Assembly (NCBI RefSeq): GCF_036588685.1
Contig: NC_086381.1
Span: 24,180,001-24,244,000 of the forward strand
From: Mytilus trossulus
Lineage: Eukaryota
Reading direction: 5' to 3'
Length of the DNA stretch: 64,000 nt
Shown in pieces: positions 21,601-34,634 of this stretch. Position 1 is the stretch's first letter; each line of letters begins with the position of its first letter. The notes under the pieces are model-generated. The model did no database searches. It was not told where the DNA came from and saw only the letters and a program-made list of their open reading frames with translations. The position numbers were made by a program, and so were the translations under genes.

Positions 21601-24600
21601 TTTCATTTTTAGCCATGGCGTTGTCAGTTTGTTTTAGATTTGCGAGTTTGACTGTCCCTTTGATATCTTTCGTCCCTCTTTTACATCAACATTATATCAT
21701 ATATTTATAATTTAATTCTTATCACAGATCTGCGTATCTTTGGGAACAACAGGAACATGTGCTTTTGACAACTTAGCAGAAATTGGACCTATCTGTAAGT
21801 AAGAATTTGGCATTTATTTAATTATTAATGGTGGTCCATATACTTTTGCGATATCAAATAAAATAATAAATAAAATACACCAACAAATTATGTGAGGTTT
21901 TTCAAAATTAATGATTAAACTTCCTTAAGTCATGACACAAAACTTACAAAAATGGTGGCACATTAACTATGTACTCTTGCCTAATGCACATTTCATACGG
22001 ATTTAAGGTAAATAATTTCGCTTTTTACTATTTCGGATTGATTGGTTAGACATTCACTTTAAGTTTATATGCATTACAGGCGAAGAGGAAGGTATATGGC
22101 TACATATAGACGCAGCTTATGCAGGCAGTGCCTTTGTTTGTCCAGAGTTCAGACATTACATGAAAGGAATAGAGGTAATATACGCATAGTCAATAACAGT
22201 TATGTTGCATATTATTTGGATTGTTAATACATTGTTCACGTGCATGGTGAAATGTAAGAGTCCATTTCTTCAGTCTTCAGAAGTATTAGAAGACCATCTT
22301 TAAATGAACCGAAAAACGAACTAAATTTTATTTTGAAAGAAAATATCCCGTCTGTTTAAAGATGTACGTCTTACACTCACACAGCTTTACAATTTGTCAA
22401 CGCCAAAGTTAATAAATATTAATGTCTTCTACCTTTCAGTATGCAGAGACTATTAGCATTAATCCACACAAATGGATGTTGATAAACTTCGACCTATCCG
22501 TAATGTGGTAAGTTTTACAGTGAACGAAAGTTTATTATCTATCAACGGCAAACCGATTGAGCCCATGTTGGTATCTAACCCGAAGTGAGTTCAAGGTGGC
22601 ACGGTAGTATTTCCTGGCCATAAGGGATAATGATAGCCATTTTAGAATTTTCACCACTTTCTAACACTGCAAAAAATTCTACATTCACAGTTAACTGAAG
22701 TACTTTTCTTTTACCATTCAGAAATGAATTTGGATATGTACCATGACCGTTTACTTTTTTTGCTATTTTTAAAATCCTAAGGCCACTAGTACTTTTAGGT
22801 CTTTTATGGTGCAGTGAATGCAAAATTTTAAAAAATTCTCAAAAATTCATTTTCATCTGTATATAAAATTATTTCATATTTTTCTACACCTGATTCATCA
22901 CTCAGTTTGGGAAAGTATGTTCATTTGATACTGTATTTTTTGTCCAATCACACTGTTTAGATACATTTACCTAAGTAGGGTACACAAAAGAGCAACCTAA
23001 ATTCTGGAAAGCAAATACTACCGTGCCACCTCAAGCACATACATATTAAATGTAATATGCAAAATAACAAAAGTAATTTCAAGAGGGAAAATCCGTAAAA
23101 CTGATAAAACTATAATAATCTGTGGAAACAACTGGCATATTCCTTCTTATTTCAGATCCTCAATGTCGTCCATCATCAGTGACCCCTTCGCTCCTATTTG
23201 AACCGTATAAATCATTTAAACTTATCGTGATCAGCCGGAACTATACTTATTATATTAAGTTTTTGCGTCAAATGTTTTCCTTATGCCATATCGGTTGGCA
23301 GTAAACTACACTACTACTTTAATGCGCTGTTGTGGTGGACAGTTGCATATACAACAATCGACTGTAATCTGTGGTGGTGATTTAGGATGTACAAATATCG
23401 TATCACTTAGTTTATTTCTAATTAAGATATGAAAAACAAAAACGGTTTTGTTGACATTGCTCGTGACGTCACATACCTATATGTTCTGTTTGGCTTTGCT
23501 TGGGTTTATAAAACGAGTTCTTAAACCATAGAGATAAAACTTTTAAACATCCTCCTTTATATTACTGACAATTGTGCAGAATGTACTACATGTATATCCT
23601 TTATCAACTCTTTCTCCAAAGGATAAAAGACAGCACACTATTAGTAGATGCTTTTAATGTTGATCCAGTTTACCTTAAACACGTGAACCAAGGAAAAGTG
23701 CCAGATTACAGGGTATGTAGAGTTTGGCCAAATTTTCTTATTGATTGGTTTTACAAGTTATCCTCCTTACCGTATTGAAAGTATCTGTGAAATAAGTCAA
23801 ATGTATTTATAAGAACTAAAAAAATTACATTACATAAGAATGTTATTAATGTTAATTAAAGGCAACAGTAGTATACCGCTGTTCAAAACTCTTAAATCTA
23901 TGGACAAAAAACAAAATCAGGGTAACAAACTAAAACTGAGGGAAACGCATTAAATATAAAACATTTAAAAGCCATGAATAGTTATTTCTCTTTCCGAAAG
24001 ACAATTAGCCAGTGAGTACGAGTCTAGCGCAGTAGAATTGATATCGGTAATGGGATTATTATAAACACTATAGATTACTGACAAGTTTGTTTTGTCAATT
24101 ACATTAACTTTCGAAAATCAGTATGAAGACAGAGAAAATCAAACAGAACGTTAAGGCATGCACGGAAACATTTGGTACAGAACAGGAGAAACAACCAACG
24201 GAACATTAAAGACATTCAATGAAATCTTTCGGCACAAGACAGTAGAGACAACCACAAACAAAATATTAAGACGTGTGTCGAAATCTTTCATCACAAAATA
24301 GGAGAGAGAACTAAAAAGAACATAAAGACGTGTTACCGATTCTTCCGGCACAGAACAGGGGAGAAAACCACAAACGAAACATTAAGACATGTGTCAAAAC
24401 CTTTCAAAATATAACAGGAGAGACATCCAACAAAACATTAAAGACATGTGTCAAAACCTTTCAAAATATAACAAGAGAGACAACCAACAAAACATTAAGA
24501 CATGTGTCAAAACCTTTCAAAATATAACAGGAGAGACATCCAACAAAACATTAAAGACATGTGTCAAAACCTTTCAAAATATAACAGGAGAGACAACCAA

Positions 24601-27600
24601 CAAAACATTAAGACATGTTTCAAAACCTTTCAAAATATAACAAGAGAGACATCCAACAAAACATTAAGACATGTGTCAAAACCTTTCAAAATATAACAGG
24701 AGAGACAAACAACAAAACATTAAGACATGTGTCAAAACCTTTCAAAATATAACAAGAGAGACATCCAACAAAACATTAAAGACATGTGTCAAAACCTTTC
24801 AAAATATAACAGGAGAGACAACCAACAAAACATTAAGACATGTGTCAAAACCTTTCAGAATATAACAGGAGAAACAACCAACAAAACATTAAGACATGTC
24901 TCAAAACCTTCCAGAATATAACAGGAGAAACAACCAACAAAACATTAAGACATGTCTCAAAACCTTTCAGAATATAACAGGAGAAACAACCAACAAAACA
25001 TTAAGACATGTCTCAAAACCTTTCAGAATATAACAGGAGAAACAACCAACAAAACATTAAGACATGTCTCAAAACCTTTCAAAATATAACAAGAGAGACA
25101 TCCAACAAAACATTAAGACATGTGTCAAAACCTTTCAAAATATAACAGGAGAGACATCCAACAAAACATTAAAGACATGTGTCAAAACCTTTCAAAATAT
25201 AACAGGAGAGACAACCAACAAAACATTAAGACATGTGTCAAAACCTTTCAGAATATAACAGGAGAGACAACCAACAAAACATTAAGACATGTGTCAAAAC
25301 CTTTCAGAATATAACAGGAGAAACAACCAACAAAACATTAAGACATGTCTCAAAACCTTCCAGAATATAACAGGAGAAACAACCAACAAAACATTAAGAC
25401 ATGTCTCAAAACCTTTCAGAATATAACAGGAGAAACAACCAACAAAACATTAAGACATGTCTCAAAACCTTTCAGAATATAACAGGAGAAACAACCAACA
25501 AAACATTAAGACATGTCTCAAAACCTTTCAGAATATAACAGGAGAAACAACCAACAAAACATTAAGACATGTGTCAAAACCTTTCAGAATATAACAGGAG
25601 AAACAACCAACAAAACATTAAGACATGTGTCAAAACCTTTCAGAATATAAGAGGAGAAACAACCAACAAAACATTAAGACATGTACTGAAATCTTTAGGC
25701 AAAAAACAGGAGAGACAACCAACAGAACATTAATTCAAGACAAGTGCTGAAATTTGTTGATAAAAACTACGGGAACCAAACAACCAGAACATTACAACAT
25801 GTCCCAGTATTGCATTGAAGCTTTAATTTTATCTCCATAGATGGGTATTTGTTTGAATTATTACAAATAGATTCAGTTGTCTTAAAATATGTTTTAACAA
25901 TTTAGAGATTCCATTAAGTGAACATTGCCGCTCAAAAAAGTGACAATGCTCTTTTAATTCTGATGGAGAAGTGTCTTTATAAAACCGATCTATATTTTGT
26001 TTTAGCACTGGCAGATTCCACTAGGACGCCGATTTCGATCTTTGAAATTATGGTTTATGCTTCGTTCATATGGTGTTTCAGGAGTTCAATCTTACATCAG
26101 GAAGGTACGACTGTCGTTATTGTTGTTTAATCGATTGTTAAACTAATTATGATTCACCACACCACAAAAGTACTGTGTTTTGAAAAAGATACTAGTAAAT
26201 CTTAATATTTATACTTTTTTCGAGATTTGTTTCACAAATTTTCTATATTCGTCCAAACTATAAGCCTGATATATGTGATGAGTTTTGTATGCGATATATA
26301 TTCAAAGCATATAAAAGAGCTTAATAATTTAGCAATCAACTTCTCTCAAAAACTAGAAAGAGCAAAAATATCTATTTTTGATTTGTAGAAAGAAACACAT
26401 TGTTAAAAAATACGTGTCACTCTTGTCTTATAAGGCATGTTTTTTTTTAAACTGCATTACTTAATAATTGTGATGATTAGTTTCTGGATTGTTTATTGCC
26501 TTTAAATGACTATTTTTTCAACAAACAGGCCACAGACCACAATTAAATTCTCTATTAGTTCTTTATAACGTTTTGTTTCATCAAAAAAATTGCTCCTAAT
26601 CATTTTGTCAAATTTTTTGTGTGTGTAAAGTACAGTTCTAGTCCAAAAATATATCCAACATTCAGAAAGATTGCTCCTCTGTATTTTACAAATTTAGCCA
26701 ATACACATCCATACCCCTAAGGACAAGTCAAAAGATGTTCCGAAAACTGTAAATATCACCTTTTTGCACCTGGCCTAATCACTCTTTCCATATCAAAATC
26801 AGTGAAAATGAAACATCCAAAAGTTTATTTTAGCTATCTTCTTTCATTTCCATCCGAGAAAAGCTAAGAAATGTATGAGAAAGGGAAAGAAAAAAAATAA
26901 AGAAAAAATGCACTATAATCAAAGGGAACTATATTTCGACAACGAAAAGCGGGATCATTAATTGTGGTCTTGGGCCAACAATTGTCATTCCAATGATAAC
27001 CATTTGTGATCTTGTCGACTTGTTCCCTTAATCGTATTATGCAAACTTTGTATAGGAGCTTATAAGTCAGTATGATAAGAATATAGCTTATCGTCACGTT
27101 CTGCTTCATATATTGCGTCCTCCCACTCAAAGTTTCGTTTCTATGCTGAACGCATTTATCGAACTTGAAATAAAGGATACGCCAGATACAGTAAAAACTG
27201 TCTTATTGGGAATCGGGGAGCAAAACTTTATGCTAAAAAAAAGAAGATGTCAGCTTCATCCATTGTGAACTTTCCATTTCTATATTCTAGCAGCTGCTGT
27301 AAATACATATCTCCCAAATTATACGATATTACAGAGCTGGGATGTTCTATGTATCACGATTTCCTCGATAGATGTTGGTTGTTTACATATAAGCTGTTAC
27401 AGAAATTAATCTACATCGAATTCCTTTTGATTTTGAACGATTTTCTTAATTTTGTAGCATGTTAACTTGGCAAAGCAATTTGAAAAGTTAGCAAGAGAAG
27501 ATGGACGTTTTGAGATAGTTGCAGAAGTTGTTATGGGACTTGTTTGTTTTAAATTAAAAGTAAGTAAGGATTAAATTCACGTGTTATTCCGTTAGCAACT

Positions 27601-28265
27601 TATCAACAACTTATCTAGCTTTGTATAAATTAGAGTTAAATTTGTTGTAATTCAACTACTTTTATCTTCGTAGTTACTCAACTAGTGTTTTAAAGATTTG
27701 AGCATTACTACCATAAAAACAATTTCCCCAGACTTTTAAATGATAAATATTTTTAAACTTTTTCTTGGCAGATTTAAAAAAAAAACATTTAAAAAAAAAA
27801 AACATTATTGATGTTTGAAATGTTTTCTTTAAAGTCAAATTAAGTACATAAACATAATTCATATGGTTAGATAGATAGCTGTTGTTATTTCCACGTATAA
27901 TTGATTAGTCATTATTATCAATGGCTTATATTAATATAAACATTTATTTCGTAATTAAATTTTAGGGTCCAAATGAACTTAATGAAAAACTGATGGAAGA
28001 AATCATTGAAGACAAGCGGATATTCCTCATTCCGGCATTTGACAAAAACGTGTATTTCCTCCGCTTTGCCGTATGTGCAGAACGTACAAATTCTAAAGAT
28101 GTAGACTATTCCTTTAGTGTAATCAGAGATTGTGCTAATAATGTGTTGGCTGTGCATTCAAAGACTCCATTGAAACATACCCCAGTTGTTGTTGATATTG
28201 ACCAACAGCCAAGATATAAAGGAAAGATGATAAGTCATAATCAGGACTTTGACGACGAGATTTAG
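18640..28265 (+). CDS. Aromatic L-amino acid decarboxylase family protein (group II PLP enzyme; DDC-like, with Asn192 as in DHPAA synthase/amd), 511 aa, 12 coding exons
   Basis: Exons 18640-18840, 19335-19448, 20114-20233, 20610-20744, 21024-21167, 21728-21794, 22080-22174, 22440-22507, 23622-23712, 26006-26104, 27458-27559, 27966-28265; all GT-AG, in frame, no stops. Motifs: [37 protein letters not shown] (D271), NPHKW (PLP K303), DPVYLKH (Y332), [16 protein letters not shown]. Confidence 0.95.
21490..21685 (+). repeat. Dispersed repeat (retroelement 3' end / SINE-like) in DDC intron 5
   Basis: tacccttccggagcacctgagatcacc...gccatggcgttgtcagtttgtt...gagtttgactgtccctttgatatctttcgtccctctttta; related tails at ~1045-1190, 2280-2380, 30330-30440, 44800-44870. 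Confidence 0.7.
22595..23030. mobile_element. MITE with perfect 18-bp TIRs and TCAA target duplication (DDC intron 8)
   Basis: tcaa|GGTGGCACGGTAGTATTT ... AAATACTACCGTGCCACC|tcaa. Confidence 0.9.
24146..25800. repeat. 56/57-bp minisatellite in DDC intron 9 (~23 homogeneous copies at 24378-25690 with degenerate flanking units)
   Basis: Unit aacattaagacatgtgtcaaaacctttcaaaatataacaggagagacaaccaacaa; accounts for the repetitive ORFs at 24330-25314. Confidence 0.95.
27160..27400 (+). mobile_element. Degenerate Penelope-like RT fragment (DDC intron 10)
   Basis: Frames give [20 protein letters not shown], YISxxIRYYRA and YHDFLDR, recognisable as the RT/thumb region of Penelope-like elements; frameshifted. 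Confidence 0.55.
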
Positions 28266-30054
28266 ACAATAAAACACAAGGCTTATTCTATTCTGTCTGC
28301 CTTAAAGAAATACATGAATAGAATTAAGGACATTAACATGTGTCAAAACTTAACAAACGTACTCTAGCAATTTGAACATCTTAATATGTAAAACATTTAG
28401 AATACAAACTGTATTAACAGCTAGAATAAAATTGAGAATGGAAATAGAAAGTTTACATGTAGGAGACTCGTTTTTTCCTTAATGAAAATCAGTCTCACAA
28501 TGGGCTTTTTTCAAATTCAGTGTGAGTTGTCCCTCACCGGGAATGCTCAGAGAAGACAGTTTTGAAGCCAAAACAGTAAACGTATTTAGAGCAAAAACAA
28601 AATGTAGAACTATAGAACTCTAAAATCATGCTGAATTCAACTAAATGCCAGGACGAAGTGAATCTTTTTTTAAGTATAATTACAAAATGTACAATTTTAT
28701 TTTTTTTTGCTTTAAACATTCACCAAACGATTTCTTTTGTCATATTATTGTTTATAAATCATGTTGTGTAAGAATCTTAAGACACACTATTTTCGCGAAG
28801 ACATGATAGTTGGGACGTAAAACGATTTACAAGTTCATGGTAATTGTTGCTCTAATTTGACTGGCACTATCTTATCTCTATTCGTGTAGAACGCTGTCAA
28901 AATTGTATCATCTGGATACAAAGTCACGCATCTTAAAATCGGTCATAATCTTAAGTCGTCCTTATTGATATTGTCTTCATTTACTAGTCCTCGTGGAACT
29001 CTGATAAAATCATTTGTCAAAATGTAAGTTATTCATGATATATTATTATATGCAATAAAGAAATTTGATACTAATTTTCTTTTCTTTTTTTTACATTTAT
29101 AAAATGTTGATGCTGCTTTTGTATGTTTCTGAAAATTTCCAAATAAACTGAATAATGTATGTTTAGAAATTAATGTAAGTATTATTGAAATCTTTTAGTC
29201 GATTTACTTGTTAAAATAGCATTAAATATATATATAGGGTTACAAAACAAAAATTTGTCAATTAAAAATGAACTTTTCGTTTCAAATAAAAGAAATATTG
29301 CTGTGCAAAGGGTATTAGTTCCGATGGTAAAATATTTCACAGAATTGCCTAAACAATTTTAAGTTCTTATTTTTGCGAATCCAATGTTGATCTTCACTGC
29401 ATACGTTCTTTCATTATTATAAGTAATAATGGTAATAAGTTTTGGAAATAAGTATTATAGATAAACAGAACGGTCTATAATAATACACATAAAGTGCGTC
29501 CTCATTAAAACACAATATAAAATTCTAAAATATTGCTTCAGTCAAAGATATTCTGTATTTGTAAAAACAGCCCTAGCTATTATCAAGATGAGATCACATG
29601 AATTTCTTCATTCAAGTGAAGTTTTGCAAATGTGTGCATCCCTGCAAAATTTTCTTATTTCATTAAGACTCTAGACTGATCATTGTTATCATTTTTGACC
29701 ATCAAAGAGGTGCAATCTTACTATATTTAGACATCGTGACGGTCACGACAAGACAAATTTATGTAAATAAGTTCTACTCCATAAACGACAGTGTGTGGTC
29801 AAAATGAAAAAAATACAAAATGTTTGTATCAATGTTGTATCAAGGTTTAATATTTTTGGAGAGTTGTTTCATTGGCACTCATACCCCATCTTCCTATATC
29901 TATTTACTTTTTTCGCAGAATACTAAATCCTTGTTTGCTGTTAGCCTCTGAATTTGAATATGATTTAAGATACAATCATTTTTTTTATACTGCCAGTCTG
30001 TGATAGAACAGATGACAGCATCGTGTGATAATGTACAGCTGTGAAAATAAGACA

Positions 30055-30145
30055 AACTTGGGGTCAATAAGATTTATCTGTCCAAATTTCCACGAGTACT
30101 GATCAACTTGGGGTCAGTAAGATTTATCTGACCTTTCCACCAGTA
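30055..30145. repeat. Two-copy ~50-bp tandem duplication
   Basis: aacttggggtca(a/g)taagatttatctg...tttccac(g/c)agtac twice. Confidence 0.8.
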
Positions 30146-30501
30146 CATGTGTGTGTGATTATAGAATTGAATGTCCTGGTTGAACGTTGTCGTCTTATTC
30201 TTTAGGTAGACAATTTTAACTACAAAGATGGCCTTTGCTATCTAGATCTTCTAACGTTTGCTCAGATTTCATCAATAATATCTTCGCTTCTTCTTCCGAC
30301 ATTGCGAAAAATAGCATTGTCTTGCTGTATGTCTTGTGTACTATTATTACTACTATTTGTCTGTTTGTGTTTTTTCTTTTTAAGCCATTATTTTCGATCT
30401 ATGAGTTTGAATGTTCCTCTGGTATCTTTCAATCCCCTTTTATCAATTCATTCTAGAGAACATTTGCACAGACCACAATAAAAACGAGACTGAGGAAGCA
30501 A

Positions 30502-31031
30502 AGATTACCTTAGCCGTATTTTGCACAACTTTTTGTAATTTTGAATCCTTAATGCTCTTCAACTTTGTACTTGTTTGGCTTCATAATATAAATATTTTGA
30601 TATGAGCGTCACTGATTAGTCTTATGTAGACGAAAACGCCTCTGGTGTACTAAATTATAATCCTGGTAACTATTTACACCACTGGGTCGATGCCACTGAT
30701 GATGGACGTTTCGTCCCCGAGGGTATCACCAGCCCAGTAGTCAACACTTCGGTGTAGTCATGAATATCAATAATGTGGTATTTTTTATAAATTTCCTGTT
30801 TACAAATCTTTGAATTTTTCGAAAAACTATGGATTTTCTTATCCCAGGCATAGTTGATCAAAGCCGTATTTGGCACAACTTTTTGGAATTTTGAATCTCC
30901 AATGCTCTTCAACTTTGTACTTGTGTGGCTTTATAATATAAATATTTTGATATGAGAGTCACTGATGAGTCTTATGTAGACGAAACGCGCCTCTGGCGTA
31001 CCAAATTATAATCCTGGTACCTTTGATAACT
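30502..31031 (+). ncRNA. Non-LTR retrozyme locus: ~1.5 tandem copies of a 350-bp monomer, each with a type I hammerhead ribozyme motif
   Basis: Cores at 30612 (CTGATTA gtc ttatgta gac GAAAA) and 30962 (CTGATGA gtc ttatgta gac GAAA cgcgc CTC tggcgt), exactly 350 bp apart; 30512-30668 is repeated at 30862-31019. Confidence 0.85.
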
Positions 31032-32389
31032 TTTTACGTTTAAAGGATTGGTGCGTTTTCAATTAGTTTTTATATTTGGAGAAACTAAGTTATCCTACAT
31101 ATTTATACCCCAAAACAATTGATTGCAACTAAACTGTGGTTCCATCTTTTAAATATGTCCAAATCCCTTTCAAATCATCTCATTTGAGAATGAACATGGG
31201 ATGCACATCGTCAGTACCGACCGTGGGAGGGCTGTAAAGTCGATGTCGTTTAAAACTCCCATCATCACATCTTCAGATGGACAATACATATCATTGCTAA
31301 ACATGTCTCGTTTTGTAGCAAAATCAAAATAAAATATCGACAGATTGGTAGATATAATTCCGCATGTAAGTGCATTAATATTAAGTTCTGTTTGTAAAGC
31401 TTACCTGATTGTATATCTCTGATTGGTAAAATGTACCTTTGAACATGAGATGTGTATTGTAATGTTTTGATACAAAATTTCAGTGGTAAAAAAATAAAAG
31501 TGAAAAAACTATACTTTGTATGAGGAGTTGCGTATTGCAAAATGTTCGAAAAGCGATTTAGAAAAAGAAAATATTTTCGATGAAAATTAAATATTACCAT
31601 GACTCATCATGATCGTATTAAACGTAAACTGTAATGATACCAATGGAACTGAGATGTTTTTGTAATACAAACGAAATATTTCTTCATCAACATACCTCGA
31701 ACCAAACTCGAACAAATACTATGTGTATTTAGTTACAACAGTCGCTGATTGGAAAAATGAAATGAAGCGTTGATTATATGCACTATAGCATTAAAAGGCT
31801 AATATTGTGAGACATTTTGAATAAGTTGTTATTAGGGAATTATAATATGTGTTTTAAAAGGGGTGATACAAAACGGATTAACTCCCATCCCCTTCACTCC
31901 CCGAAAACAACAAAAATAACAATAAATAGACAAGGACTACAGCAACGACAAAGTACATGCTTTGGTCAGGAGGGAAATCAACAAAAAAAGATTAGACGAA
32001 AAAAATATATATAAAGAGATGCACAAATCATTTCTAATAAATGGTTAAAATTGTGAGAAAATCTCAATATGGCTAGGGTGCAGTCGCAGTTACAAAATGG
32101 GGGCCTCAAATAAGGCCAAAAAAATGTTAAAATATAGAAAATTAAAGGTTTGGCAGGTAGTTGAAACTTACATAAATGAAGAGATAAATGAAAACTGAAG
32201 AGATTGATGCCCGATTTATATAATTCCAAGGCCCTCAGTCGGCTCCAAAAGCGAGGAAGCAGTGCATCTATTTTTGGTGGGCAAGTATCCACTTTTTGAT
32301 ATGGAACAAGCTCTGACGTCCCACGGCCCCAGCTTGTCTGGCTAAACAGCCGTCGGACGTCAGAGTAATATCGGACTAAAATAGAACTG

Positions 32390-32860
32390 CTGGTATGGCC
32401 CAGTGAAGTTGTAACGGTTCCCACTTCTAGCATTTTCCGCGCTGTTGTGTAGTATGCAACTGTAAACCTCATTACAAATTTGTTGAAATAGTGCTGAAGA
32501 TTTCCTTCAACATTGACAGGCATGTAGTATTTCTGCGGGGTTAAGTCTACAAGCGTGTGTGGTAAAATAGAACTTCCGTAAGCGTAACCACAGGACAATC
32601 AAATCGCCTTTGGTATCGTTTGCTCCCTAGATAATCTAGATAAAAACTTGTATGTGCAAGGCACTCTGGTACTCCTGGTACTTCACCTTTCCGAGTTGAG
32701 GTCTCAATATAGTTTCGCAAGACAACCCTTACCTTAGCGTTGAGAAGTGACATGGTCCTAAACTGTTTCGGCTCTATAAAATCTTCCCCCTTTGGTTTAA
32801 AACAACCATTTGATTTTAACCATTCATCTGATAACCGATGTCTTCTCCATATCACTTTGA
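32390..32860 (-). pseudogene. Decayed reverse transcriptase of a restriction-like-endonuclease non-LTR element (HERO/R2-like)
   Basis: IWRR..DEW..NGCFKPK..QFRTMSLLN..YIETSTRKGEVPGVPECLAHT then, after frameshifts, AYGSSILPH..MRFT..YTT..LEVG; corresponds to early RT domains. Confidence 0.7.
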
Positions 32861-34451
32861 TAAATCTCCATAATTATTTTCCGAGGTTGTTTGGACAGTT
32901 CGTGTCAACTCTATTTGGATTATTGTTTAGTCCTGGCCTTGAAGTCATAAATCTTTCGAGTTAGGTTTTTGTACTCATACTCCAAAATCAACCAATCAAA
33001 ACGTTCGATTTCATGTTTCGAGCATGATATTTGTGCTAATGGTCCTATGTTAAATCAGATCACCTCTGGCGGCCATCTTGGAAGATGGATCTTTGGGATT
33101 TAAAGTTTTTTAAACCAACAACTAAAAACGTGTTAATACAAGTAATATGTTGTTTCCACTTTCTGAATAACATCAGTAAAATTGAGAAAGGAAATGGGGA
33201 ATGTGTCAAAGAGACAACAACCCGACCATAGAACAGACAACAGCATATATATTAACTTCATTAAATGGATTGTTTGGTCAATATCAACATATCGGCCTTT
33301 TGCAGCCTAGGTTTATCTCTTATTCCCTTTCCCTTTATTCAACTCTTGAATGTGATTTATTCTCGCTTTATTTAATTTTTCTTCACAAAACTATATTAAA
33401 ATAGTCATATCTTCGTTTTCAAATAACAACTTCGGCACTTTTAATATATACTAGGAGTTTATTACAATCCTGTCAACATCAGCTATTCTATTTGAATAAA
33501 TAACTACCACCCTCCCTTTAGGGGCTTTCTGTATGATTTCTGTTTTCCCCTACAAAGTTATGTCAGAATATACAAATGCATTTACTGTTATTTCAAATCA
33601 TTGTACTGCAGGTGTGTGGAAGTATTCCATTTAGCCTCAATCAAACTTTATAATTGAAAAAAAATACAGTTACTCACTAGCAAGAATTAACACACAGCTT
33701 GGAGTCAAAATGCACTTGAAAGGACTTTAAAATGATCAAATAATCTTAAAATGAAGGTTTTAATACTTTCAAGCTGAAAATACAGTCAGATCTAAGCATT
33801 TTTATAACAAGGATTAAAACCCAAACTGCTATCAAATAATTCTCCAATGGTTGTCATATCTGTTTCCCTGACTGCTAAGATTAATGCTAAGACGAATTCT
33901 AAGAAATGGACAAATACATTGTAAGGCAGTTTTTCAAACTGCTATTCGATGGAATGCTTAGATTAGCTGAAAGATTGATAAAAATATGAAGAGGTAAACA
34001 ACAGCTAATAAACAGCTTATGATAGCAGAACAGTTTGACTTGGGAATAAATCAGGTAAAAGCTTTGAAACAATATTAACCATTTTAAAGGTCTTATTTCT
34101 TTTTTACAATAGCTATATTACTAGTCATGACTACTTGTTGCACCATATGGGATCTTACCACAAACTGTAATCTGGAAATGGTTCATAAGCTGATAAAACT
34201 TGTCGCAAGATTATAATATTAGAACATTTATATATTCTAGCCTTATCAACTGATTCTGATTGGGGCTTTTTTTTATTAAGGCCTCATGGAAGATTACATG
34301 TTATTATTAAATGAGTTGCTTTTGTTAAATAAAGATTTGTATACTTATATATTTATTTACACATCTAGTAACTTTATGACTCCTTTCAACACATACTTTT
34401 TTTTTTGTAGTAGAAAGTAATTTTTTTTAACAACATGTTAGTTAATGGAAA

Positions 34452-34634
34452 TTAGTATGGCGTTCATTATCACTGAACTAGTATATATTTGTTTAGGGGC
34501 CAGCTGAAGGACGCCTCCGGGTGCGGGAATTTCTCGCCACATTGAAGACCTGTTGGTGACCTTCTGCTGTTGTATTTTTATTTGGTCGGGTTGTTGTCTC
34601 TTTGACACATTCCCAATTTCCATTCTCAATTTTA
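34452..34634. repeat. Dispersed ~185-bp repeat family, copy 2 (about 100 bp downstream of the ETFRF1 stop)
   Basis: Matches 2694-2877. Confidence 0.85.

Noticed and set aside
24330-25314. Cluster of small repetitive ORFs
   Set aside because: Translations of the 56/57-bp intronic satellite.
24378-25690. Common origin of the 28-bp and 56-bp satellites (both contain aatataacag; 56 = 2 x 28)
   Set aside because: Similarity is limited to about 10-11 AT-rich bases; no further alignment visible.
18640-28265. Histidine or tyrosine decarboxylase, or a pseudogene
   Set aside because: HWQIPLG rather than IPLS argues against HDC/TDC; all 12 exons are in frame with canonical splice sites and the PLP lysine intact.
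31978-32598. 206-aa ORF as a host gene
   Set aside because: Only its N-terminal part resembles a decayed non-LTR RT; the rest has no recognisable features.
33600-34250. Possible old CR1/L2 RT 3' fragment
   Set aside because: Only faint similarity (IW...NLEMVHKL.KLVAR); too degraded to support.
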